Shown here: positions 28,363 to 37,663 of the stretch, one piece after another | How the letters are laid out: each line of letters begins with the position of its first letter | Position numbering within the stretch: the stretch's first letter is position 1 | DNA from: Leptolyngbyaceae cyanobacterium | Lineage (GTDB): Bacteria > Cyanobacteriota > Cyanobacteriia > Phormidesmidales > Phormidesmidaceae | Assembly: GCA_965263355.1 (NCBI GenBank) | Contig: CBDHHL010000032.1 | Span: 704,001 to 768,000, forward strand | Length of the DNA: 64,000 bases | Direction of reading: 5' to 3' | Notes under the pieces: generated by a model | What the model saw: the letters and a program-made list of their open reading frames with translations, nothing else | The model's database searches: none | What the model was told of the DNA's origin: nothing | Made by a program: the position numbers and the translations under genes

Positions 28363-29571
28363 ATGGGCAAATACATACTGCTGATCGGGGTAAGTACCGG
28401 GGAACTCGCAGCAGAATGCATGGAAATGTCACCCGCGATCGCAAATATCTATGCCCTCAAACAGACACTATTAGCGGTCATTAAAGATCTGCGTGAGGAC
28501 CAGGTGAACATTCTGATCAATCCTGATTGGCAACAAATGCGTCATGCCATTGCCCTGATGACCTATCAGTGTCGTCACAATGATTTATGTCTGATTTATT
28601 ACACTGGCTGTGGTGTAATTGATGCCCACACTGGGAAATTCTACCTATCAGCTAAGGACACCCGCTTGGATGACATTACCAGTACCGCTATCTCCAGCGA
28701 CTACATCCACCAGGCATTGCCGTCCGCCCAAACCAATCTCAACCGGCTGATAGTTCTAGATTGCATGTGGGGGTCACTGCCTACCCAGAGTTCTCTCCAC
28801 AGTCCCCCGATGGCTGTGGAGCATTTCCGTTTGCCTAAGAGCCGACTGGCAAACTGTGACTGCAACCTGTTCACTGCCCTCGGCAGTAACGTCCATCCCT
28901 GGCCCATGGCGAAGACTGGCCTATCCCTATATACCCAATGTTTAACCGAAGGCATAACCACGGGGTTAGCCGATATTGATGCCGATGGAGGGATCTCCAT
29001 CAACGACCTTAAAACTTATATGGCACAGACATTGGAAGCAACTGGTCTAGACATCTTTCCAATGGCTCTTTACGCCTCTAAACAATCTCAGGCTAGTGCG
29101 AACATTCCCCTAATATCAGTGCAGCCCTACTCACCAGAGAGAGAATATCGCCGCAGCGTAGAAGAATATGCCCATCGTGGTCATATTTCTGCCCAAAATC
29201 GTAGCATTTTAGAATTTTTGCGCCATCAGCTAGGCATCACCCTGGCTCAAAGCCAAACGATTGAAGCAGATGTGTTGTCCCCTTATATCGATCACCAGGA
29301 AAATTGCGATCGATATCGCCATGCCCTGCTCGCCGCTCTGGAATTAGAATATCCCTTAGGAACCCCCCTAAAAAAGTGGCTACGTCATCTTCAAAGTGAG
29401 TTATCCCTAAACCATGAAGATGTAGCCAATATTGAAGCTCAAATTACCGCTCAAACCGTTGTCCAAAACGATTCAGTTCAACAGCTTCAAACCTTGCCCC
29501 GATGGTTAACTCCCGTTGATAGACCCCAGCTACCAGCCCATACTTTTAACCCAAATGGGACTCGACAGTAA
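28363..29571 (+). CDS. Caspase-like (peptidase C14) domain protein with substituted catalytic dyad (pseudo-orthocaspase)
   Basis: LIYYTGCG in place of YFSGHG and IVLDCM in place of LDCC; SLYTQCLTEGITTGLADIDADGGISINDL; helical C-terminal repeats. Confidence 0.75.
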   Translation: MGKYILLIGVSTGELAAECMEMSPAIANIYALKQTLLAVIKDLREDQVNILINPDWQQMRHAIALMTYQCRHNDLCLIYYTGCGVIDAHTGKFYLSAKDTRLDDITSTAISSDYIHQALPSAQTNLNRLIVLDCMWGSLPTQSSLHSPPMAVEHFRLPKSRLANCDCNLFTALGSNVHPWPMAKTGLSLYTQCLTEGITTGLADIDADGGISINDLKTYMAQTLEATGLDIFPMALYASKQSQASANIPLISVQPYSPEREYRRSVEEYAHRGHISAQNRSILEFLRHQLGITLAQSQTIEADVLSPYIDHQENCDRYRHALLAALELEYPLGTPLKKWLRHLQSELSLNHEDVANIEAQITAQTVVQNDSVQQLQTLPRWLTPVDRPQLPAHTFNPNGTRQ

Positions 29572-29814
29572 TCACGACCATTGCGTCAAGTTCAGAATAT
29601 TGGGTAAGACCGTAAAGGGTGAGTCGTAAAGGATGAGTAGTGCCTTAGAAGTATTAAGCAATTAACAAGTTCTCTGTTTATTTATCTCTCTATACCTAGT
29701 AGCGTGGGCAAAATAGGCATATTAATTTCGTCAATTTGCTATTGATGATTATCAGATGATCGGGTAGCGTCTTTGGCATGCTCTTCATTGGCTCAATTTA
29801 ATCGCCTGTTTCCC

Positions 29815-32772
29815 ATGCAATCGGATCCTGCCTACAGCCAATCTCCCTGGATACAGAAAATCTTTAAGGCACTTAACCTGCGCCCAGGAGAGGAACACCG
29901 CACGTTTCTTCTGTTTGCCTTTTATACCCTCATGTCCATGGGAATCATGTGGCTTGAGTTCAGTTCAGCGGCTTTATTTTTAGCTGAGTATGGGGCCAAT
30001 AAGTTACCGCTGATTTATGTCTTTACGGCAGTCGTGGGGGTGAGTTTAGGCAGCATCTATTCCTGGTTGCAGCGTCTCATGCCCCTGCGCCAGGTGATTG
30101 TGCTCATAGCCTTGATAATGACCCTGCCCATATTTTTGTTTCGCATTGGGCTAAACGTAGCCATATGGGCACCCATAACTATTTTTGCCATGCGGCTGTG
30201 GATGGAGGCCATCACTAACCTGAATGAACTCAATTTGTCGGTATTGGCTAACCAGTTATTTAACATCCGTGAGTTGAAACGCACCTTTCCACTGATTAGC
30301 AGCGGAAATCTAATAGCAGACGTTCTGAGTGGGTTTACCCTATTTGCCTTGCTCAGTTTTTTAAACGTTCAAAATATTATCTACCTGGTGCTTGGCATCA
30401 TGCTGGTGGGCACGGCCATTTTGTTCTATGTCAGCAACACCTATGACCATGCATTTCCTGATTCCAAACGTCGCAAAGTTGAAGTTTCCAATGCCAATTT
30501 TTCAGCTCGCCGGTTACGTAAGTTAATTCGGCGCTATGTGTTACTGCTACTGAGCTTTTTTGTTTTCGCTCAAATGTTGCTGTACCTGGTGGAGTATCAG
30601 TTTCTTCACCAGCTAACCGTCCTGAATTTCGGCGTTGACACCATCGCCAGATTCCTAGCCATATTCTGGGGGGTCTTGGGTTTGATGGAACTAATCACCC
30701 AGCTGTTTACCTCCAGTCGTCTGATTGAACGGTTGGGGTTGTTTATCACAGCGGGATTGTTACCATGCCTGATGATTATCCTCAGCAGCCTCTGTTTGGG
30801 AATTAGTCTGGTGCCAGCCCTAGTGGGAGTTAATGGCCTGTTTATTGGGTTAGTAATTATGAAATTTATTGATGAGTTGCTGCGCTACACCATCGTCGCC
30901 AGTGCCCGTCCAGTACTATTTCAGCCAGTGCCAGCCCAGCGAAGAGCCCGAGCACAGTCCTTAGTGGGTTTAGCAGAAGCCATCGCCATTGGGACAGTGG
31001 GTGTCGGTATTTTATTGGTCATGGCTCTATCTGAGCGAGTCACTTGGATCTCCGGAGACAGCATCTTTTTATTGGCAACGCTGGCCTTGGCCTCACTTTG
31101 GCTAGGGAGTATTGTTTTACTGAGATCGCAGTATCTTAACTTGTTGGTCCTCACCGCTGAACGGGGTCTATTAAGTTTTTCTGATGCCAGCTTAAGGGTG
31201 TTAAAACAGGCCATCATCGAAGCCCTAGATAAACCTGGTCCAGAAGCAGACAAACGCTCCCTAATTGAACTGTTAACTCAAATCGAGCCCCGCAGCATCA
31301 GTGAAGTGCTGGCACCGATGTTAAGTGAGCTTTCTCCCACCCTGCAGCAGCAAAGTTTGGAAACCATGCTGGTTTATCCAGACGCCATCTTTACCGACTA
31401 TGTGGATGCGTTGATTTTTCCCTCCCAGGAACCGTCGATTTTAGCCCTGGCTGTACGCTATGTCTGGCTAACGCAAGCAGATGCCGATGTTAATAAGCTC
31501 AAACCCTATCTTAAACCTAGGGTTGATCCAGTCGTACGCGGCACCGCTGCTTCCATGATGCTTAGACATGGCAGTCCTGAAGAACGGGCTAAGGCCACGT
31601 ACATTCTGCAGCAGATGCTTACCCACCAAGAAGAACGGGAACGAGTCATGGGCTGCCGTGCTTTAGGAGAAGCTGAATACATGCAAGGGTTGCGATTACA
31701 CGTGCCCAATTTATTACAGGATGACTCCCTGCGAGTGCGGCGTTCAATGTTAGAAGCGATCGCAGCGACTCAGCTCGAAGAACACTACCCATCATTACTC
31801 CAGGCCTTGCGCTATAAATCCACCCGAGAGGCGGCTATGCAGGCCATGGTGGATCTCGGTAACGAAGCCCTGCCCATGTTGATAGCGCTAGCCAATAATC
31901 GTTACAAGTCTGACACCCTGCGCCACCAGGCATGGCATGTAATTGGTCGCATCGGCACCCTTGAAGCTTTAAACTTACTCGCCTCTAACCTGATGACAGC
32001 CTGGGGCGATTCCCGCCGCTGGATTTTACGTATCCTATTAAAACTTACCGATGAGCAGAAGCTGCGTCGTTCTGCTGACATTGACCTGGCCCTTGATCGA
32101 TTAGGTCGCCAGGGTGTGGAAACCTTGCTCAACCAAGAGCTGCAATTTGTTGGTCAACTCTATGCCTGTCTGGTGGACTTTGCCCCCGACAAGGCTCCAG
32201 AGGAAACCTTTGATTGGTTACGTCGGGCCATTCAAGACATGAAAACCGATGCTATGGAACGGATGTTGCTGCTAATGCGGTTTCTCTACCCGTCCTCGAC
32301 TATTCAAGCTGCAGAGCTTAGTTTAGACGGTCCTGCAGCCAGTCGGGCCAGAGGGTTAGAGATTTTAGATAACACCCTGGATATTCCAGCTAAACGGGCG
32401 ATTCTTACCCTCTTTGATCAGTCCAGTGAAACCGCTACCATTGCTGCATTAAGCTCACTGGTTCAATATCAACCGATGAATCCCCAGGAACGTCTGCGTC
32501 ATCTGATAGAGCTGAGGCATTTCTTATCAGATTGGGCCTTGGCCTGCTGCTTCCATGTGGCCCGTACTGAACGCTGGAGGATTGGTGCGGACCATGTGAT
32601 GGCATCCCTACAAAATCCGGTGGGATTTGTCCGAGAAGCTGTACTGAGCTACCTCGACATGGCCTCACCCAGAGCATTGGGGTCACTATTGCCTTTGATG
32701 GAAAAAGATCCAGACCCCTTGGTGGCCGATCAGGTACAAAGGATGATGGCCAAACATGTAGGCGTAAAGTAG
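29815..32772 (+). CDS. Npt/TLC (ADP/ATP carrier-like) MFS membrane protein fused to HEAT repeats
   Basis: About 12 hydrophobic segments, ANQLFNIRELKRTFPLISSG motif, C-terminal HEAT repeats; first ATG at 29815. Confidence 0.8.
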   Translation: MQSDPAYSQSPWIQKIFKALNLRPGEEHRTFLLFAFYTLMSMGIMWLEFSSAALFLAEYGANKLPLIYVFTAVVGVSLGSIYSWLQRLMPLRQVIVLIALIMTLPIFLFRIGLNVAIWAPITIFAMRLWMEAITNLNELNLSVLANQLFNIRELKRTFPLISSGNLIADVLSGFTLFALLSFLNVQNIIYLVLGIMLVGTAILFYVSNTYDHAFPDSKRRKVEVSNANFSARRLRKLIRRYVLLLLSFFVFAQMLLYLVEYQFLHQLTVLNFGVDTIARFLAIFWGVLGLMELITQLFTSSRLIERLGLFITAGLLPCLMIILSSLCLGISLVPALVGVNGLFIGLVIMKFIDELLRYTIVASARPVLFQPVPAQRRARAQSLVGLAEAIAIGTVGVGILLVMALSERVTWISGDSIFLLATLALASLWLGSIVLLRSQYLNLLVLTAERGLLSFSDASLRVLKQAIIEALDKPGPEADKRSLIELLTQIEPRSISEVLAPMLSELSPTLQQQSLETMLVYPDAIFTDYVDALIFPSQEPSILALAVRYVWLTQADADVNKLKPYLKPRVDPVVRGTAASMMLRHGSPEERAKATYILQQMLTHQEERERVMGCRALGEAEYMQGLRLHVPNLLQDDSLRVRRSMLEAIAATQLEEHYPSLLQALRYKSTREAAMQAMVDLGNEALPMLIALANNRYKSDTLRHQAWHVIGRIGTLEALNLLASNLMTAWGDSRRWILRILLKLTDEQKLRRSADIDLALDRLGRQGVETLLNQELQFVGQLYACLVDFAPDKAPEETFDWLRRAIQDMKTDAMERMLLLMRFLYPSSTIQAAELSLDGPAASRARGLEILDNTLDIPAKRAILTLFDQSSETATIAALSSLVQYQPMNPQERLRHLIELRHFLSDWALACCFHVARTERWRIGADHVMASLQNPVGFVREAVLSYLDMASPRALGSLLPLMEKDPDPLVADQVQRMMAKHVGVK

Positions 32773-32919
32773 TTGCATCCACCACAGCAGAGGGGTAAAC
32801 TTCCATGACCAAGTGGCGGGAATGCTATATTTGTGCATCGACGGCGTCAACTATATGGTTTTTAGCGCCTGATTAACCACCTACTGTTCTAAGCCAAACT
32901 GTTCTGAGTCAGGTTTACT

Positions 32920-33534
32920 ATGCTCACCAGCGTTGACCGTTTACTATTTGTGCGTGCTGTGCCAATCTTTACGGAACTGCGGGACGATTTTCTGGTGCGG
33001 TTAGCATCGATTATGGATGAGTTGTCATTTCCCGCTAACCATCGGATTTTTAGGGAAGGGGAGGAAGGACGCTCTCTCTACATCGTTGTATCAGGACGGG
33101 TACGGGTACATTTGCGATCGCAAGATCTAACGGTCCTAGAAAAGGGCACATGTTTTGGTGAAATGTCTCTCTTTGATGCCGAGCCGCGTTCAGCGTCGGT
33201 CACGACCATCAATGCTTGCGATTGTCTAGTCCTCACCCAGCAGCAACTCTATGAGGCCATTGACGAAACCCCCGGCATAGCTGTCAACATTATCAAACTG
33301 TTGTCCCGTCGCATCCGCGAAATTAATAAGGAGCGTAATCGACATCCCTCGAACCAGGGCACCAAAATTTCACCTATTTTGCAAGATGCCTTGCAAGAGG
33401 TTCCTAGTCCTGAATCGAGCCGTACCGTTCCCCCTTCTATATCTACCAATGTTCCCAAGACGTCAAAACAATCGTCAACGGTGCGACAGCGGCCTCAGGT
33501 AAAAACTCGCTATGAAAGCCCATGGCCCTATTAA
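32920..33534 (+). CDS. Cyclic nucleotide-binding domain protein without HTH
   Basis: MLTSVDRLLFVRAVPIF, IFREGEEGRSLYIVVSGRV, phosphate-binding cassette FGEMSLFDAEPRSASV; low-complexity tail. Confidence 0.88.
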   Translation: MLTSVDRLLFVRAVPIFTELRDDFLVRLASIMDELSFPANHRIFREGEEGRSLYIVVSGRVRVHLRSQDLTVLEKGTCFGEMSLFDAEPRSASVTTINACDCLVLTQQQLYEAIDETPGIAVNIIKLLSRRIREINKERNRHPSNQGTKISPILQDALQEVPSPESSRTVPPSISTNVPKTSKQSSTVRQRPQVKTRYESPWPY

Positions 33535-34169
33535 GTAAGTGGAGTAAATGGCTGCGATTTGGGGGAATTGCGATCGCAACCATTCTAACTATTGGGCTTA
33601 TTCAACACTATGGCATTAGCCAACTACGGGCCAATGTTGAAAACTTTGGCATCTGGGCCCCCTTAGCCATATTTTTTCTACGCTTTACCAGCGTTGTCAT
33701 TCCGGCTCTACCAGGCACCGCTTATTCTGTTTTAGCAGGAGGCCTTTTAGGGTTTTCCCAAGGGCTAATTGTTATTTGTCTTGCCGATCTGTGCTCCTGT
33801 AGCATTAGCTTTTCTCTATCACGACAGTTTGGTCGTAGCTTTGTTCAACGGTTAGTCGGCGAGACGTTTATCACCCGTGTTGATACCCTCAGTCAAAGGC
33901 ATTTGGAACGCAACTTTTTTCTGATGACAGCCTTTTTAATGACAGGCTTCTTTGATTTTGTTGCCTACGGTGTTGGTCTGACCAAGGCATCCTGGCTAAG
34001 TTTTATACCAGCCCTCATACTTAGCATTGTTATTTCTAACCCACCCATCGTCGCCCTGGGATCCGGCTTGTTAGAGGGTGGCAAACTATTGTTAGTCTTT
34101 GCCATTTTAGGAGCGTTTGCCTTAGCCCTCTTAACTGGCTTTTTACAACGCAACCAGCCAATCGCCTAA
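33522..34169 (+). CDS. TVP38/TMEM64 (DedA/VTT) family membrane protein
   Basis: SVVIPALPG...GGLLG...SFSLSRQFGR...FDFVAYGVGL. Confidence 0.88.
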   Translation: MALLSKWSKWLRFGGIAIATILTIGLIQHYGISQLRANVENFGIWAPLAIFFLRFTSVVIPALPGTAYSVLAGGLLGFSQGLIVICLADLCSCSISFSLSRQFGRSFVQRLVGETFITRVDTLSQRHLERNFFLMTAFLMTGFFDFVAYGVGLTKASWLSFIPALILSIVISNPPIVALGSGLLEGGKLLLVFAILGAFALALLTGFLQRNQPIA

Positions 34170-34172
34170 GCA

Positions 34173-34271
34173 ATACAAATCCGAATTCATTGACTCGCAG
34201 GGCTGGCACAGGGCACAGACCCTACAATATGGTTTATTCGGAATCGGCTTCAAGCCATTAGGATTTGGTAT
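34173..34271. mobile_element. Degenerate MITE-like element enclosing a REP-like hairpin
   Basis: Imperfect terminal inverted repeats ATACAAATCC / GGATTTGGTAT; internal GGCACAGGGCACAGACCCTAC. Confidence 0.4.
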
Positions 34272-34275
34272 AACG

Positions 34276-35394
34276 TCAGTTCACTGACATTGACTGGCGA
34301 CTCCACTGTTGTCTCATGCGACTACTTAAATGGGCCTGTTGCATAGGAGAACCCGCCAGTAAAACAGTGACTTTACCTGCCTGAATAGGTCCCCAGTTGA
34401 CTAAGACAACGCCTGTTTTAGTCACTGGATCAAACTCCAAACCGTCTAGGTCTAGCTCTGCCAGCTGTCGATAATCTGTGTGCAAGGTTTCACTACACCA
34501 GCTAGGAACTCCCAACCGTTCAGCAATCTCTGTCGGATATGACGAACCGTTATAGCGTGGATTACACTCAATCGCTAAGTAAGTTGCCCCAGCGGTCCCA
34601 TCGATAACCGCCACATCAAAACCAAAGGTCCCCTTCATACCATTCTCAAACATCCACTGAGCCATGGGTTCTACCACATGCCAGGGTTGATGCAATGTGG
34701 GATAGCGATTACCACCATGGACACAACCATCCAAGATTTGTTCAGAGACCAATGAACGAGTCACACCCTGGGAAGTAACCCGATACTGAAGATTTAGAAA
34801 AGCCGATGCTTGTATTTCTGCTTGTACCTGGAAAGGCTTATCCTCAGGAAACTGCTCTACAGCATTCAACAGATCCGCTGAATTTTCACACCGAAAGATG
34901 CCCACACCATGATCTGAAACAGCCAGCTTTACATAACAAGGATAAGAAAAGGCCTCCAGATTTCCCAACTTGGCACGATCCGCAAAACATTCAGTGGCTG
35001 GAATCGGCACACCAAGCCGATGGGCCAACTCGACAAAGTTGTTCTTAGAATTCATGTATTCAACAACCCTGTACCAGCTACCATCCAACCATCGCAACAG
35101 TTTTGCACAACGTTTGTCATGTTCAAACGCGTGACCAAAGAAATAGACTGAAACTTCATCAGGAGAATGTTGAGCTAATGCTTCAAGATCAACATTCCAG
35201 ACAATATTATGACTATGCTCTAAACCAATGCGAGCATAATGTTCTCTCAAGCATGGCCAATCTAGCGCCAGATCTGGGTGGAGCTGAACCCTATCCCCTG
35301 GAGAACTTAATCCTACAGCTCTTCCCGAGAAAAGATGAATTCCCTTATTACTATCCAGGGTACTCATCATAATGTCATGGTTAAAGATCTTCAT
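34276..35394 (-). CDS. ATP-grasp domain protein of unknown substrate
   Basis: NSKNNF, YPCYVKLAVSDHGVGIFRC, FQVQAEI, GTFGFDV, LAIECNPRYNGS (E-x-N-x-R). Confidence 0.85.
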   Translation of the reverse strand: MKIFNHDIMMSTLDSNKGIHLFSGRAVGLSSPGDRVQLHPDLALDWPCLREHYARIGLEHSHNIVWNVDLEALAQHSPDEVSVYFFGHAFEHDKRCAKLLRWLDGSWYRVVEYMNSKNNFVELAHRLGVPIPATECFADRAKLGNLEAFSYPCYVKLAVSDHGVGIFRCENSADLLNAVEQFPEDKPFQVQAEIQASAFLNLQYRVTSQGVTRSLVSEQILDGCVHGGNRYPTLHQPWHVVEPMAQWMFENGMKGTFGFDVAVIDGTAGATYLAIECNPRYNGSSYPTEIAERLGVPSWCSETLHTDYRQLAELDLDGLEFDPVTKTGVVLVNWGPIQAGKVTVLLAGSPMQQAHLSSRMRQQWSRQSMSVN

Positions 35395-35862
35395 TGGTAA
35401 AATTCTCAGAGCGATAGTGAACCAAAAAACTAACGGTACAACCGTAATGATTATTCGCCCACCTGTTTCTCAGGCGTCTAATCAAAAAAATGAACGGACA
35501 GGAGACACCGAACCCTATCCAAGAGAAAGGATGAAGTATACTGCAACACTAATGCAATATCGAAACATTAAATCTTTTGGAGTTTTCAATACCTCCTTGT
35601 GATCAAATCTCTCTCATCATTCAGTCTTTTATTAATCGATAAAGCCTAGCCAAATAGGGACACTCAATCAGAAAACAACTTCCTAGTATCCTGACAGTAG
35701 CGCAGCTAAACCAGAATCAACTAGCGCCTAACGTCTTGATTTCATAACAAAAATTAATCAAGCTGCAAAGTACTACACCATTCTGGTTGTACAACTCCTG
35801 TACACTTATCGAAAAGTTAAAGACATTTCTTCATGGATATTTAGGTAAAGTACGGCAGGGTA

Positions 35863-36189
35863 TTACCTGACCTGTAGTTCTGATGTTACGGACGGGGATT
35901 GAACTGACATATGCACAGTTAATCCAACCTTAGTCAGTAACTGAATCAGATCTTCCACTGAAAATCGACTGATTTCACCATTTATAAGATTTTGCATCCG
36001 AGGAGAAGACTGGCGAAATGTCCGAGCAGCCTCATCTAGCGTCCACTGTCGTTGCTGAATATATCGTCGCAGGGCAAGCATCAGCTCTGTTCTAATACGC
36101 AAGCTTTCCAGCTCAGCGATTTCCAGATCTAAGGTGGCAGGCTCGAACGGAGAAAGGCCTACCAAATCTAAGTTTTGAAGCGTGTTCAT
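35863..36189 (-). CDS. XRE-family HTH regulator (HigA/HTH_37-like)
   Basis: LMLALRRYI...WTLDEAARTFRQSSPRMQNLINGEISRFSVEDLIQLL. Confidence 0.8.
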   Translation of the reverse strand: MNTLQNLDLVGLSPFEPATLDLEIAELESLRIRTELMLALRRYIQQRQWTLDEAARTFRQSSPRMQNLINGEISRFSVEDLIQLLTKVGLTVHMSVQSPSVTSELQVR

Positions 36190-36329
36190 AGTAGTTAGTT
36201 CTTAAGTATGCTGACGTCAGCCACTACATTATGGGATAATTTTGTAGCGAAGGTAACCAAATTATAGATGCATCCTACTATGTGCATGCAATAATTAAAC
36301 GTTTTAGTTATTATAAATTTCGTGAATTT

Positions 36330-37259
36330 ATGTTAGACAGTTTTTCTCTCATTATCCATGGTGGTGCAGGCGCTTTGGAACAGATTAAGCGTGAGGGAAA
36401 TGAAGCAGAATTTATGTACAGTATTCGCTGCATCTTAGACAGTGGTCGTCATATCCTTTCAACTGGTGGCAGTGCTTTGGACGCAGTTGAACATTGTGCA
36501 GCTCAACTAGAGGATGATCCACTTTATAATGCAGGTCGTGGTTCCGTTCTCAATGAGTATGGTGAAGTAGAAATGGACGCTGCCATCATGGATGGGAGAA
36601 CATTGCAGGCGGGGGCTGTTGCTGGCATCACCTCAATTAAAAATCCAACGGTATTAGCTCGCCAGGTACTCGAAAAAAGTGAACACGTTATGCTCATTGG
36701 CAAGGGTGCCAGAGAGTTCGCTAAGTTTTGTGGACTCCCCCGCATGGCCGATGACTACTTTGTGGTCGATGCCCGTGTACGTCAATGGCGTGAGGCCCAA
36801 AAGATGGGGGGCATGATGTTAGATCATGAAGCCGCTAAACCGAGCCAAAAGCTGGGTACCATCGGTGCCGTCGCCCAAGATTGCCATGGGAACTTGGCTG
36901 CTGCCACGTCTACAGGGGGAATTGTCAACAAGCGTTGGGGACGTGTGGGGGACAGCCCCATTATTGGGGCAGGGGTTTTTGCTGACAATGAAACCTGCGC
37001 CGTCTCCGCCACAGGCTATGGGGAGCAATTTCAACGAACGGTTCTGTGCAAGATGATCGCAGATTTTGTTTATTTTCAAAATTTAGATGCCCAGGCGGCT
37101 GCCTTGGCTGGCATTGATTACTTAGTTAAAAAAGTACAGGGGCTAGGGGGAGTTATTGTAATTGATCGCCATGGCAAGTGTGCCGTTGGCCATTCTACAT
37201 CGGGGATGATTTACGGCTGGATTGAACAAGGTGGCGAGACTTTATGCCGGTTGGCGTAA
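36330..37259 (+). CDS. iaaA: Isoaspartyl peptidase / L-asparaginase (Ntn hydrolase, IaaA-like); start likely ATG 36330
   Basis: IIHGGAG, LEDDPLYNAGRG, EMDAAIMDG, autocleavage site G|TIGAVA, ATSTGG, GRVGDSP, TGYGE. Confidence 0.9.
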   Translation: MLDSFSLIIHGGAGALEQIKREGNEAEFMYSIRCILDSGRHILSTGGSALDAVEHCAAQLEDDPLYNAGRGSVLNEYGEVEMDAAIMDGRTLQAGAVAGITSIKNPTVLARQVLEKSEHVMLIGKGAREFAKFCGLPRMADDYFVVDARVRQWREAQKMGGMMLDHEAAKPSQKLGTIGAVAQDCHGNLAAATSTGGIVNKRWGRVGDSPIIGAGVFADNETCAVSATGYGEQFQRTVLCKMIADFVYFQNLDAQAAALAGIDYLVKKVQGLGGVIVIDRHGKCAVGHSTSGMIYGWIEQGGETLCRLA

Positions 37260-37281
37260 AGCAAATTGCACCCTAAATTGA

Positions 37282-37524
37282 TTAGCTCGGACTCTTTTGA
37301 GTTTGCTTGGAGCTATCCTCCGTCTGAGGTATGGAAACATGTATTTTATTGGCATCCACAATAATTCCAAAACCATTACAGTGCTGGCAAGGACCTCCGT
37401 CTCCTCCACATACTGGACATAGACCTTCGTGGGCAAGGGATTCATTCAATAAACGTCCACCTATAAGCATAACGAGGCCAACTGTCGTTGCGATCGCTAA
37501 AATAATCCACATGGTAAACATCAC
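37282..37524 (-). CDS. Small membrane-anchored protein with DnaJ-type zinc finger
   Basis: N-terminal hydrophobic helix, then CPVCGGDG and CQHCNGFG (two CxxCxGxG motifs). Confidence 0.65.
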   Translation of the reverse strand: MMFTMWIILAIATTVGLVMLIGGRLLNESLAHEGLCPVCGGDGGPCQHCNGFGIIVDANKIHVSIPQTEDSSKQTQKSPS

Positions 37525-37663
37525 CCAACCTTTGAGATTGCCCTAAGTATAACCAATGGATAGTTTAAGAATTTTTGAGCAAGACACTTTTAATCAACGT
37601 CCACACTAAAATTCGGCAATTCTTTGCTAGCGTCAGCAATAAATCACTACAGGCAAATAACAG

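Noticed and set aside
35372..35862. Possible RiPP precursor for the ATP-grasp enzyme
   Set aside because: No microviridin-type TxKYPSD core or repeated core peptide seen; the 76-aa plus-strand ORF overlaps the ATP-grasp start and looks spurious.
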